From: Rhizophagus irregularis
Lineage: Eukaryota
Length of the DNA stretch: 64,000 nt
Assembly (NCBI RefSeq): GCF_026210795.1
Contig: NC_089434.1
Coordinates: forward strand, 3,472,001-3,536,000
Direction of reading: 5' to 3'
Shown here: one piece after another, positions 42,269-55,222 of the stretch
Numbering within the stretch: position 1 is the first letter of the stretch
Layout of the letters: each line of letters begins with the position of its first letter
The notes under the pieces: generated by a model
The model's input: only the letters and a program-made list of their open reading frames with translations
What the model was told of the DNA's origin: nothing
Database searches by the model: none
Made by a program: the position numbers and the translations under genes

Positions 42269-42784
42269 AATTTAATAATATTACAATTAATGCTTTTTTT
42301 TATAGTATTTTTTAAGTACTTTATGAAGATTTACTTTAATATTATTTATAATTAATAAGATTAAAGGTATTTACTAATATATTTATTTTTCTTTTAGCTT
42401 CAAATTCATTATCTTTATTATTTTTTTCAAACTGATATTTTTCAAATATATTATCATTTATATTTAAGTTTAAATAATTTTATTTTGTTAAATTGTTAGT
42501 TAAAATTTATTTTAAATTTAGGATTAATTTTATATTCACCAGTAATATGATAATTTTAGTTTTATAAGTTTTATATTAATTTTGTTTGTATTACGTTTTA
42601 CAATTTCATACACGTAAATAAAAATTTTTTTATGAATTTTTTTAAACTGTAACTTTTTTTCCAAACATACTATTAAACCCATACAACTCAATTTCATAAA
42701 TTAGAAATGAAATTTATAGAGAAATTTGTGTTTTTATAACACTACTAACTGTTTAACTCCTAAAGTTTTATATTTTTTATTTAA

Positions 42785-43600
42785 TAACTTTAGAGTGTAA
42801 TTTCACTACTTTAGTCAAATGAAATCAATTTCTTTTATTAATTAAAAGTTGTTCAACAGAGCCAAAACTACTTGTATATTATTTTTTATAAGTGTAGGTA
42901 TAATACATATAAAAAAACCCATATTTTTTCATAATGGTACTAACTTTCAAAGTTGTTTTTTCATTTATTAACTTCAGAGCGTAATTTTACTACTTTAGTT
43001 AAATGAAATTGACTTTTTAAATTAATTGAAAATTGTTCAGCAAGGTCGAAACTACGTGTATATTAATTTTCATGGGTGTAGGTATAATATATATGGAGAA
43101 ACCAACATTTTTCATAATAGTACTAACTTTTGAATTTTTTTTTTCTGTTTACTAAGTTTAGAGCGTAATTTCACCACTTTAGTCAAATGAAATCGACTTA
43201 CTAAATTAATTGAAAATTGTTCAGCAAGGTCGAAACTACTTGTGTATTAATTTTCATAGGTGTAAATATAATACATATGGAGAAATCTACATTTTTCATA
43301 ACGGTACTAACTTTTGAATTTTTTTTTTTCTGTTTATTAACTTCAGCGCGTAATTTCACCACTTTAGTCAAATGAAATCGACTTTCTAACTTAATTGAAA
43401 ATTGTTCAGCAAGGTTGAAACTACTTGTATATTAATTTTCATAGGTGTAGGTATAATACATATGGAGAAATCTACATTTTTCATAACGGTACTAACTTTC
43501 AAATTTTTCTTTTTTCTATTTACTAACTTTAGAGTGTAATTTCACCACTTTAGTCAAATGAAATTTACTTCCTTTATTAATTGAAAGTTGTTTAGCAATA
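42785..43600. repeat. Tandem satellite, ~4.4 copies of a 184-186-bp unit
   Basis: Units start at 42785, 42969, 43153, 43338 and 43524 (TAACTT(T/C)AGAG(C/T)GTAATTTCAC.ACTTTAGTCAAATGAAAT...). Confidence 0.92.
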
Positions 43601-45449
43601 TAAAATCTACTTAATATTGTAGGATTTATTTATTTTTTATAATAATACTAACTTATGAATTATTGTATAATATATTATTATATTTAAACTATATATTTTA
43701 TATAAATATTTTTATTAATAAAATTATTATTTTTTTCAAAACAAAACAATTTAAATTTTAATAAATTATGTAATATAGGTGAACTTTACCTTGGGTGAAT
43801 TTCACCACTGGTGAGCGTTAAAATCACCCTTAAATTTAATAATATTTGAATATACATAACTAACTGTTACATATTTAATACCTTTAATAATTTAGTAAAA
43901 TTTTAAGTAAATCTCTTATAATATCTTATTTCTTATTAATAAAATTAATTTTTTTTAATTTTTTTGCATTTTTTTTTGTATTTTATTTTTTATTTACATT
44001 TAATAATAAAATTATAATCTCAATATATATATGATGTAAAATAATTAATTTTTCTCAAATTATAACCATTATATTTTAATATCAATTATTATTTTATAAA
44101 ATACTGATTCTTTTCTATATCCTTACTGGAATTTTTTTATATATTAATAAAATATTTATATTTTATTTTAAAGATATAAAGAAATTAATTAATTTTTAGT
44201 ATATATAATGTTATAAGTAATCCTTTATTAATAACTAATTGAATAGTATATATAAGATAATCTTTCTGTAAAAAAGTTAATCCATTTTTTTATTCCATTT
44301 TTTTTTGGTAAAAAGCTCATATTTTTAGAATTAATAGCTTTATTTAAAGATTTAGAATATTTAAAAATTTTATATTTTTTATTTAAATGATTAGATTTGA
44401 AGTTTTAATTTTTACAGTATAATTTTCATTATTATTATATTTTTAATTATACTTAAAATATATTTATTTGGATCAGTTGGATGAGTTTTTTATTTACCTT
44501 AATATATATTATATCTAATTACAAAATTTTAACCCTTTTTTTTCCTTATTTTGAATATTTAATAAATTAGAGTTACAAGATTTTTTTTTATTAAGTTTAT
44601 TAAAAAAGCATTTTCATTATTTTTTTTATATATTTAAATTTATTAAATTATAAAAAATTTTTTACATCAGCTTAAAACTATGCATATTTTTTATAAATTA
44701 TATTTTATTTAAACTAAATTTTAATGTAATGTTTAATATAGGAACTAATCTTCTATTAAAGCTTATTTTAATAAAATAAAATATATTTTTATAAAAAAAG
44801 ATAAAGTGGCTTTGATTAAGATTAATAATCAATTTAAATTTTTAAATATTAATTGGATTATCTGTAAAGATTTATAAATTTATTTATTTTTTACTTAAAT
44901 ATTGAATCTAGATATTCATTTTAAAATTAACTGGATATAGTTAAAACAATAGAATAATTCAAATAAATCCTAGGAAATTATTCATTCAAAAAAAACTTTA
45001 ATTAAACTATCTATTTTTAATAATAATATATAAGATACTAAAATTAATAAGTGTTTTTTTATTATTATATGTATTATAAATATTAGTGATTGATTTGATA
45101 CAATTGAATAGATCAATTATTTAATAAAAAAAAATAAAAATGACAAAACTGAGACTTTATTCTAAAAGTATATAATGGGGTTGCCAGTGTCACGTGATTT
45201 TTTAATTTTGGCCGGAATCAAGTGATCGACATAAATATATCTTTTTGAAATCTTGTGTAATTCATTTCCCATTTTTGATAAGAAACCCAAAATCGGCTTT
45301 TTTTAGATCGTGTAACGGTACTCACGTGCCAAAAAGGAAAATTTGGCATAAATGATATTGCTACACAAATAATATCCCAAAATGATTTAGATATCACTTA
45401 TATCACTTTGTGTATCATATTAGGTAATATATTTTATTGAAGCATGAAG

Positions 45450-45720
45450 CTTAATAATCAAAACTATGATCATATATTGATTGGATCATCTTTCACCATC
45501 ATAATCACCGCAATTAGAATAGCCTCTAATCTTGCTGGTGGCATTGTTAACCAAGCATAAATAGAAAACAGAAAAATTTCATTTATCAAAAAATCCTCCT
45601 TTATTAACGACGCCCTCTCCCATTTTGTGTAGCTAAGAACCTTGAATTTGAAACTTGTTTAAAATCAAGTTTTTCCAACAAATGTATCAATATTCCACCA
45701 ATTTGACATTTAAGGGTCTA
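45450..45720 (-). pseudogene. Decayed RNase H-like fragment of a retroelement (tentative)
   Basis: IQGS*...ARLEAILIAVIMMVKDDPINI resembles the RNase H pattern 'TDGS...RAEL.AI..AL.....I.TDS'. Confidence 0.3.
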
Positions 45721-47203
45721 TTTGAATATTTAAGGATCTATTAAAAATATATATTTTTTTTTTGTATAACTTTTACAATACAATGATTTGTTAACCTAAG
45801 GCATATTTATTTTTTTGTTTGTTTTGAACGCGTGAGAATAGACCAATTAATCTATTGAAGTGATTTGAATTGATGTTATTCACAATAAAATTAATTATAG
45901 AGCATTTATTTCACATCAGGAAACATTATACTGTTTTGGTTTTATTGAAAGTATAATTTGGAAAAAACTCCTAAAAATGATCGCAGTTATGATCAATTTT
46001 CTAACCCCATGCTTTTATTCGGCAATCACTCAATTCAAACAATTAATTTTATTGATAATTTGATGTGGATCGACTTTTAATGTTGTAAATAATCATTTAA
46101 ATAGCGCGAATTGAATAGGTGATAAATATAAAATCTTATTTAAAGTTTATCAATCTTTCTACAATGGAAAAAAGATGCGTAATATCCATTTAATAGCTGA
46201 TTCAAGTACTATTAGGTGACAAACAGTTTTTTTTTTAAAAAAAAAAAAAATCAAACCCGCATTTTAATTACTATTATTATTTTTTTCTTACTCGAAAAGG
46301 AATAATGAATGCAAACTTTATTTTATCTCATATGATATTATACTTTAATTTAATTGAAAAAAAAATTACATTCTATCTAAACTCTCATTGATAATCTAAA
46401 ATTATCCATAAGAAAGAATCAGGTTCTAAATCGGCCTTTTAATCAAATTTTTTAAGAGATATTTCTAATAGGAAAAAAAAGAAAGTCATTTGTCCTAGAT
46501 TTTCGCATATCATTGGTTATTTTTTTTTTTTAAAAAAAAAAAATTACCAGTTTTGAAATTATTACGGAGATTCCATTATATTGGCGGTATTATTTCCTTC
46601 TTATTCCTTTCTCATGCTGTACATCGTTGAAATTTATTAATACAATTTTGTAACTTTGACTTGGACTAATATTGTACGTAACACAAACATTTATGTTGTG
46701 CAAATATGCAAATCGTCATTCGTGCGGAACGGGGATAATTATCGATAATACATCAATTATAATTATGTAATATGTGCTTTATTAAACTTAAATCAGTTAG
46801 CTTATCATATTCGAAAATTCACTATGAATATCCTATTAAAGAAAGATAATTCTAGAACTTGCGACTAATATATATTATCGATAATAACTAATAAAAAATA
46901 AACCATATACGGTATATATAAAATAAAAATGTATATCTCCTTACATTTATAGGAAAGATAAACATTATCGAAAAATAATAACGAACTACACAAAAATAGT
47001 ACCTCATAAAATTTTACCACACTCTTAGAAAATAAAACGAATAGAACTGGTATTCCTCGAAAACAACATTATAAAATACGCCATAATCAGATTTTGCTTA
47101 TTAACGAATTCATGAAATTAGAATAATAACGATTCGAAATATTTGACTTATTTGAAAATTAGATAATCGAAGGGAAGATATTCGAATATTAGAAGGATAT
47201 AAT

Positions 47204-47839
47204 CTAAGGGAAATTTGATCCATTATAGAATTGACTTGCGAATAGATTGTTTGTGTTTTGCCTCGAAAATCGTCTAACACGATTTAATAACAACAACGTA
47301 TAAGTATTAGCATGTCTTAGTTGTCGACGTTCTCTACGTTTACGAAGGATAAAATTTACATAGAACGATGGGTCGATCATAGAATTTTGCTCAGAAACTA
47401 TATCTTTTCTTTGATACGGAGAACTATTAAAAGTGATAGAAGAAAATGACAAAAATTAAAAAGAGAGTTAGTCGACAAGAGGATTTGGTTCATAGACAAA
47501 TAATTTTTGCCGCTTCCAATTATTCTTCAAATCCCCATTTCGTGAACCTCGAAAAAGGATGAGGTCAATCCTGTATTTTATTGGACGCATCACTTGAATG
47601 TTACACACTGCTAAATATTTCTGGTTTATACGTGACTCCTTTTGTACCAAAAATAAAACGACTTTTTCTTACCACTTTAAAATCTCTGGAGAAACAATTT
47701 CGTTTTCACTATTTATTGTCTTGGCAACATTGTTACTTCTTCCGCGTTGAGATTGTCGTGATTGTTGAACAACTTTTTGAGATAGCTGTTTGGAATACGA
47801 ATGTCCGCCGTGTTCTTCACGTAATTTTTCTTGTTTCAT
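47204..47839 (-). CDS. 128-aa two-exon protein (47839-47673, 47423-47204); paralog C of the '...NGS-NF' family
   Basis: Exon 1 MKQEKLREEH...EIVSPEILK (below the ORF-track length cutoff) is homologous to paralog B exon 1 (QEKLHEEH...VSPKTLK). TG|GTAAGA..ATAG|T gives in-frame C-SPYQRKD...QFYNGSNFP. Confidence 0.8.
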
Positions 47840-49239
47840 TTCTTTTTTCTTTTTCTAAAGAATTATATTTCTGTACAAGAAATTTTTTTATTTTTAAGGT
47901 CAAAAATTTTTTTAAACGTATCTATCTCGTTTTATTCGATTTTCTCGAATTTTTTTTTTTTTCTTCAAAGAGAGAAACCTTCCTTTTATTTACTAATATA
48001 TGATATCACATAAAAGGAGAATTAGTGGAAATTTTTTGTAAGGAATGCTTGATAAAAGAAGTATCGTACTTCAAAAAATGAGTGTTTTAAGAAAAAGATC
48101 GTTAAAGGCAGGAAAAAAATTTTTTTCGTTGATAAAAAAGTGTCTGGGTTTAATGACAAAGAATCAAAGAGGGTTATATATGTGTATAATTTTTTTTTTT
48201 ATTATATAGTAACAATATAATTTATAAGCATAAACCTTTTTAAGAGTTGACTTTGAAGAGATCATTGATTCTTTATTTACTGTATTGTTTGTTGTTGCCA
48301 GCCAAAAGTAAAGTTTCACAATTATTAATTTGATTTTGTCCATAATCTTAAAAACGACGACTTTCTTTTTCTTAATAATTATCACGAATTTTTTAAGGCA
48401 AATATCGGTAAGACGGGGATAAGAAAAATTTTTATATAGATTCAAATCATAACATAAAGATTATGCAGGGTTGGGGACATTGTATGTACTTTACTGTACT
48501 TGTATTATATTTTATTGATATTAGTACTCCAACCCTGCCTATAAGTAAACATGGATAATAATGGAATAATCATATTATACTATAGATAATCATCGATAAA
48601 GCACTAAAAATGTGACAAATGACGACAAAATCAACATATAAAAATAAAAAATAAATAAATAATTTTTATAAATTTTTTATCCGAACATATTTATTTAAAA
48701 AAGGGTAACAAGTATCCTATAAAAAATTTCATCCGTAATTTCTGTAAAAACTCCGTGAATATGATACATTTACGGAAATAACAACTGAATAAAGAACTTC
48801 AATTTTTGTTTTAAAGACAAGAACAAAAACATATTCCTTTCTTTATTTAACGAGTGATATTTCTGTAATATTTCCAAAGTTTAAAACGTTAGAGGGGTAA
48901 GATGATTTAAAGGTGCTCGTCACGTAAATGAATAATGTAAAAACCATCATACTGTCGATAACAAGTCAAAAAAATCAAAAATATGTTTAACAAGAATTCT
49001 TATTAAGAAAAAGATGGGAAATATGAGATGAGTAAAAATTGTTTGTCGTAAAACTTCGGAAAAAAGAATATATTTTTGAAAATAGAATTTTGGGAGGAAA
49101 GGTAAATGCTAATTAATAGCATTTAATTATTATTATTATTTTTATATTATTTTAAGGAGAAGAGAATTTTTTATACAAGAATTCCTGGCCTAAACAATTT
49201 GTAAATTGTAATAAATTAAATTATTCAATGCGGTAAACG

Positions 49240-52200
49240 TAATAGTAGTGGGTTCATAACTTACATTTCTGTTCGCATTGTATCATACTTGTAAATATTT
49301 CAAACTTATTCAACTTTCTTTCTTTTTGCCGTCGTTAAAATTTTTAATTTGATATTACAAATAAAGAAATGTTGACGCAAGAAAAAAATGTCAATAGTTA
49401 CCCCTATAAAAAATTTTTATCCGAATATTTCCGTTATTTCTCCGTGTCTTCCATAAAAATTCCGTGAAATGATATATTCACGGATATCCGTGTTAGCGAG
49501 ATGAAAATTTCCATGATTTATGGCTATAAATTCCATTAAAATGATACATTCACGGAAATAACATGGAAAGATAAAACACGGATCAGATTTTTTATAGGGA
49601 TACATAAGGTATAAAACAAAGAAAAAAGGGAAAAAAGAGAAAAGGGAAAAGCAAAAAGGTACATAAATTAAATAAATACAAATATTTATTTAACGAGATT
49701 CTAAAAGGATAGGGGAATTGGAAAAAAATTTTTATTTAGTATATTTACGAGTGTCACGTCTTTTATTTTATCACAATATCGATTTAGGGAGAAGGTTTTC
49801 CCGTATAATATAATCGGCGGGTTGCATAATATCGAACTTAATGCAAAAAGCAAAAAATCAATTGAACTTTATATGTGTATAAAAATAAGTTATACGTTTG
49901 TTTACAATAAAATTTTCTAATTGGTGCATTTCTCTCATCTATATCGAAAAAAGAAATACCAAACACGTGGTGAATTTCTTACAGTATTCACTAATTTGAT
50001 ATACAGGTCTATATGTACAATGGCATCATGCTTATCAGTTATTATCTAATTATTGAATTTAAAAACTATACACGAGACATTACATTGATGTAAGATTAAC
50101 AATTAATGTTATATTAATAATTAATATCTGATATTATCTAATCTGTTGGAAAGTATGAATGAAAAGTATATTATTATGATCGTTCCGATCCGTATATTAC
50201 TTACTGTATTGCACGGAAATGATTTACCATTAAAAATCATGCCCGTGCATTAGTACAAAAATAGGTTATTAAAAAGGTAAAAAAGCACAGATCTTTTGAT
50301 TTTTAATTTTCACAAAATGACAAAAAGACCAATTATAGAATCATTTAAAAGTATTAAAAAAAGTGTCATTGAACAATTGTAACACAAAACTTTATGTAAT
50401 ATTATTTAAGGAAAATATGTTAGTTATCACAATGTGACACAACCCCCCAATTATCACCCATTGAACGATATTAAAAAGATCGTCTGATTAATAAAGATTT
50501 GCTATCATGAAAGATCCGCTCTCATTATCATTTGTTCCAAGCCATTCCATTTTTGATCACAAATTTCTTTTTTATACATGAAATGTTTCATGGAATAAAA
50601 AAAAAAACTCTTCAATCGAATTAGTTTATTTCGATTTATTTATTTATAGAGGATCAATAAAGTTGTTTTATTATTATTTTTATTTATATAATATTTAATC
50701 GAATATATTTATATTTAATAAAAATATTTTCTCATGATTTTAGGTTTTTTATTTAACTCATTCCATTTGGCCTGGCTATACGGTGCATAAAAACGATTGA
50801 TCACAAAATTTAAACAAAAGGTTTTAATGAATATAAAAATATATATATTAAAATACAATATGCGTGGTCTTTTCTTATTGAGAAGAAATACTTGTTGCAC
50901 AATAGGCTACTAAAATAAAAGCACGCTATTTCGAAGAATTGATAGAAGATGATTTCGTCTTCGATGAGGCTATTTTTACCAAAGAAATCAGTATATGGGG
51001 CGAAGACAACTATTTCCCGACGTACGTAAACTTTTTACGCGAGAGCCATAAAAAAAAAGATCATATTACCTACTACGCAGTAATTATTGCTAGTTGCCAT
51101 ATAAAAAAAAAAGGTATAGCGGGAAATTGAACTTCAGGAAATTAGCATTCGGTAAATGCCGTTGCTTTAAAAAGTAATTATTTTTGTTCCACAATTTGTT
51201 AAAGAATCATTACACGGAATTTTCTTACATATTTGAATTTCGCATGATGTGATATTATAAAAAAATTAAATAATGAAGTAAAAAAAAAAGAAAGAAAATT
51301 AGAATTTTTTCTTTAATCATAAAAAAAGTTCTAAAATTAGATAAACAAGTTTTTTTTGATAACATTTTGATTTTATTTACACAGCGTTAATATTATTAAA
51401 TTATGAATATAAATTTCATATGCAAAAATTGCAAAACACAAATGCATGCGTAACACATCGCACAATTTTTTCGATCACAAGCAATTGAGTTTTTTTAGGG
51501 CGTAACTTTAAATTACGTAAATAATAATGATCGTTATATGAACTGATATATGCGTCATCTCACGTAATTCTTCATTAGAACTTTCTTGAATTTTCTCAAT
51601 AACAAATTTTTTAACGCGCTATTGTTTGTTCTCTTTGAAAATTATATGTAATATTATATTATTATTCATGTTGTCACTTATCAATCTTTCGCGTGATTGA
51701 AGTAAATTAATTTTTTTTTGACGTTGTACCCATTACATTCATTACGTTTATTCGAAGAAATGAAACAAATGATTTCAATGGACAGTTATTACGTAATAAC
51801 CCCTGAATATATATTTTTTTAAGTGAATGGAGATTAATTTGGTTAAGAAAAGTTGAGGTTATACCACTGTTATACCACTATAAGTCTATAAATAGATTAG
51901 TGCAAAAATAATTTTGATCACGTGCAACAACCGTTCATAAAAAATTACCCCTAAATATTTTTTTTTAAAAAAAAAAAATTCTCGCACAAAAAAAAATTTT
52001 TTTTTCTTTTAATAAAAAAAAAAGTGAGTGTGAATAATGAACAAAAGATTCGCAAAGAACTCGAAAACATTCTAAACTAGACAACTATATCAAAAAAAAA
52101 TCGAATGTCTTTCAGCCACAGTAGACAAAAAAATAATAATAATAATTCTATTGTAGTTATAATATCATTAGCAACAACACGTAGGAGAATAATATGACAA

Positions 52201-52970
52201 AAGTTTTTTATGATATACAGTATAAGTTTATTCTATCAGTATCATGTATATGTATGTATGCACAGGTGGATTTTTTTGTTTCTTATTTTTCCAAAGTTCA
52301 ACGAATCTGCTTTGAGAAGATTTTAGTTTGTGGTACTCCGTAGTTTTTTAAGAATTGATAAAAGATTTATCTTTTGAACCGCTTTTTATGACCTTGTTAC
52401 GCCGGAGATGCATTTATCAAACCAAGCAATTGCAAAGTAGTTCGATTAAAAACTGTTCCTAATGCTGAAGCTTTGGATTTGAATGTTCCTTCATTTATAA
52501 AATGTATTAAACCAAAAAAAACAGGCCTTTAAACTGCAATATCACGTAAGTTTTTGGCAATTATTTTAGCATATTAACATTATGAATCAACAAAACTAAT
52601 TTTTTTAATTTATGTTAAATAGGTAAGGGCGGATCAAGATGTATTACATAAACACACTTACTCACATAATTGGTTTGCGTGTAACTTTGATCCTGAATGA
52701 TTTTCCATAGCTGTACAATTCTTTTGGGACTGGAGGTTGACATCAAGATATTAAACACGACTTTAATTGTAAAAGTAAGCATATTTTACCTGTTCCAGTG
52801 ATTCCTCTGAAGATATAATTAAGTGATCGTTTAAGTACGTTATTATCCTTATTTTTTGCTAATTCAGGCATTTTTACTGACCACAATAGAAGTAATTCAC
52901 GTCCAAAAGCACTTCAAGCAATAACGACTCTTGGCCATATTATCAGAGCCAATTTTCAGTGATGCTTCAA
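49240..52970. repeat. Segmental duplication block, copy 3
   Basis: Colinear anchors with 27660-33010, including TTCATAACTTACATT, TTTACCTGTTCCA.TG.TTC.TCTGAAGATATAATTAA and GCTTCAAACAAT. Confidence 0.75.
49402..49599. mobile_element. MITE with CCCTATAAAAAA termini (a partial related copy lies near 48715-48780)
   Basis: CCCTATAAAAAATTTTTATCCG / CGGATCAGATTTTTTATAGGG, with internal inverted TCCGT/ACGGA repeats. Confidence 0.8.
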
Positions 52971-53049
52971 ACAATGATGTTGGCCATAAGCTAAAAGAAA
53001 ATTACTTGATTTTATGATCAAAATCTTAAAATCTCAAGCATCATCGTGG

Positions 53050-53670
53050 GAACCATTCGCTCGTTTTTGAACATGTAAACGGTGGAACATTAAGAAATTA
53101 TTTAAGGACCAACACTATGACCTTTAAATGGGAAAGAAATTGCGGGTGCAGTTTCTGATTACATCATAATAAAGTTATTGTAAGTATAAATTATAAGTTA
53201 TATTTCATTCTTCCAAAGGAAGGTTTTACTATATCGTGTAATCAACGCGTTCTTTTTTAGAATCCCAATGATATTTTAATATATCAACGAACGATAAAAT
53301 TAGTTGATTTTGGATCTTCACGTCTGCAATTATGATATTTGATTTTAACCGAAAAATCCGACATATACAGTTTGGCATTAGTGTTCTAGGAAAGCTGTTC
53401 ACATCTTTTGATTATGAAATGAGAAAAAATGATTTGGAATTTATGCTTGAAATTCTTAATGGTGAAAGAGAGAATCCTATACCAAATACAAATAGTAAAT
53501 TTGTTGTACTTTACAAAAGTGAGTATAAAATTATTGCCAAGTTATGCTTTTGAAATTAGTAATTAAATACACTTTTATTTTCAGTATTTTCTTATCACGT
53601 CTAATTTTATTAATTAAATAGGATGATGAGATGAGAAATACGAACCACAGATGTAAGACCGAAGTGATTT
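53050..53670 (+). pseudogene. Tyrosine-kinase-like (TKL) protein kinase pseudogene
   Basis: LVFEHVNGGTLRNYL, an intron (GTAAGT..TTAG), PNDILIYQRTIKLVDFGSSR and LEILNGERENPIPNTNSKFVVLY. Frameshifted, with internal deletions. Confidence 0.8.
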
Positions 53671-55093
53671 CAATAGTATAGAGAAAAAAGTGCATCGACA
53701 AGTAATTTAGAAAATCAATTGCGAAAAAGAATGTGATTTAAATTCCAATGGATATCAAATTATAATATTATTGCGATGATTGTCAAATAATCTTACAGTT
53801 TTCGTTTATTCATATTATTAGAGTAACGGTTAGAAATTATGTTATTTCTTTTATAGATATATCTTTAATAGATTTATATGTTCTTTTTCTTTTGATTTTC
53901 TTTCGTTTATAGTTTATTTTACTTTATACAAACAATCATTTTACAGAAAATTGTTCTTTATGACTTATTGATTATTACGACGAGTAAACATGAGAATAGA
54001 AATTGGTTCCTAGTTATATGACAATGGATATTTGTATTATATAAAGTATCAAAATAATAAATTGGAAATTGAAAAAAATGTAATTTACGATTAGAATAGT
54101 GTTATTTTTTATGTTTAAGACGTCAAGTAGAAATATATATCTATTACATTTTACTCCATAATTTTTCTAAGTTAACTTTTAGTTTCACATTTTGATATTC
54201 TGCGTACAAATTTCTCCATCATAATAAATCAATTTTCAGTCTTTCAGTTGGTTAATTTTAGTTTTGAGTAGTCATTTACTGGGAATGAGCATTAAATTTA
54301 ATGAAGATCAAACTTATGATGCCAGCCAGAATTACAAATTTATCAATATAATTAATATAATTAATATAATATCACCTGATCTATTTTATTTATTGAAATT
54401 ATATAATTATTTTGGCCAGAATTATAAGATCACATGATATAATTTTAATAAATCATACCTTAAATGATCCAAAAACAATGTATTAAACTAAATAGACTAT
54501 TTGTAATATTACACTTGTATATTATTATAATTTTTTCATAGACTAATTAATTAATAGAATTTTTTTTCATTTTCTTATACTTTTATACTTTAACTTTTCA
54601 TGTTTTTTATTTTAAATGTTATTTTTAATTTTTATATTTTTTTTATTTTTAAATATAATTTTTGATTTTATTTTTTATTTTCAATTTTTATATTTCTTAT
54701 TTTAAATGTATTAATTACTTTTTAATTTTATTTTTTTTTATTTATTTTTTTATTTATTATAAATGCAATCTTATTATATTTTATTAATTTATTTTTTATT
54801 TTTTATTTTTATTTTTAATATATAATTACATTATATATATAGAAGTAAAAATATTGGTTATTTTATAGAAGTAACTAATATATTACTCCATTCTTCCTAT
54901 TTAATAACTGTATATGTTATTATATATATCATTCAAAATCATAACTATCTTAAATTGCATTAATATTGCTAAGAACAAAAGGAAGTTTTACTGTAGAATA
55001 AACAGTTTTTCTATCAAATGTAATTTATAGATATTTTATACTTTTAAATGCCAAATTTATTATATTATAATTAGAACTACTCTCAAATGAGAT

Positions 55094-55222
55094 AAGTGCT
55101 AAGAAAGGGATCAAATCAACAAAAAAATTTTTTTTTAAAATAACAAATTTTTTTGGATTAGATGATCAGATCTATAAACTTTTTTTTAAAAAAATTTAAT
55201 TTGATCCCTTTTCCTAGTATTT
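55094..55222. mobile_element. Short decayed inverted-repeat element
   Basis: CTAAGAAAGGGATCAAAT...AAAAAAATTTTTT / TTTTTTAAAAAAA...ATTTGATCCCTTTTCCTAG. Confidence 0.5.

Noticed and set aside
42785..43600. Possible CRISPR-like array
   Set aside because: The whole unit repeats with no unique spacers, there are no cas genes, and the context is eukaryotic.
47581..48003. 140-aa plus-strand hydrophobic ORF
   Set aside because: Antisense to paralog C exon 1; its Phe-richness comes from poly-T tracts.
50460..51130. Possible fourth family member at the position matching paralog A in block 3
   Set aside because: A 3'-flank motif is conserved (~50423 vs ~17784), but no frame gives the family motif and all frames are interrupted.
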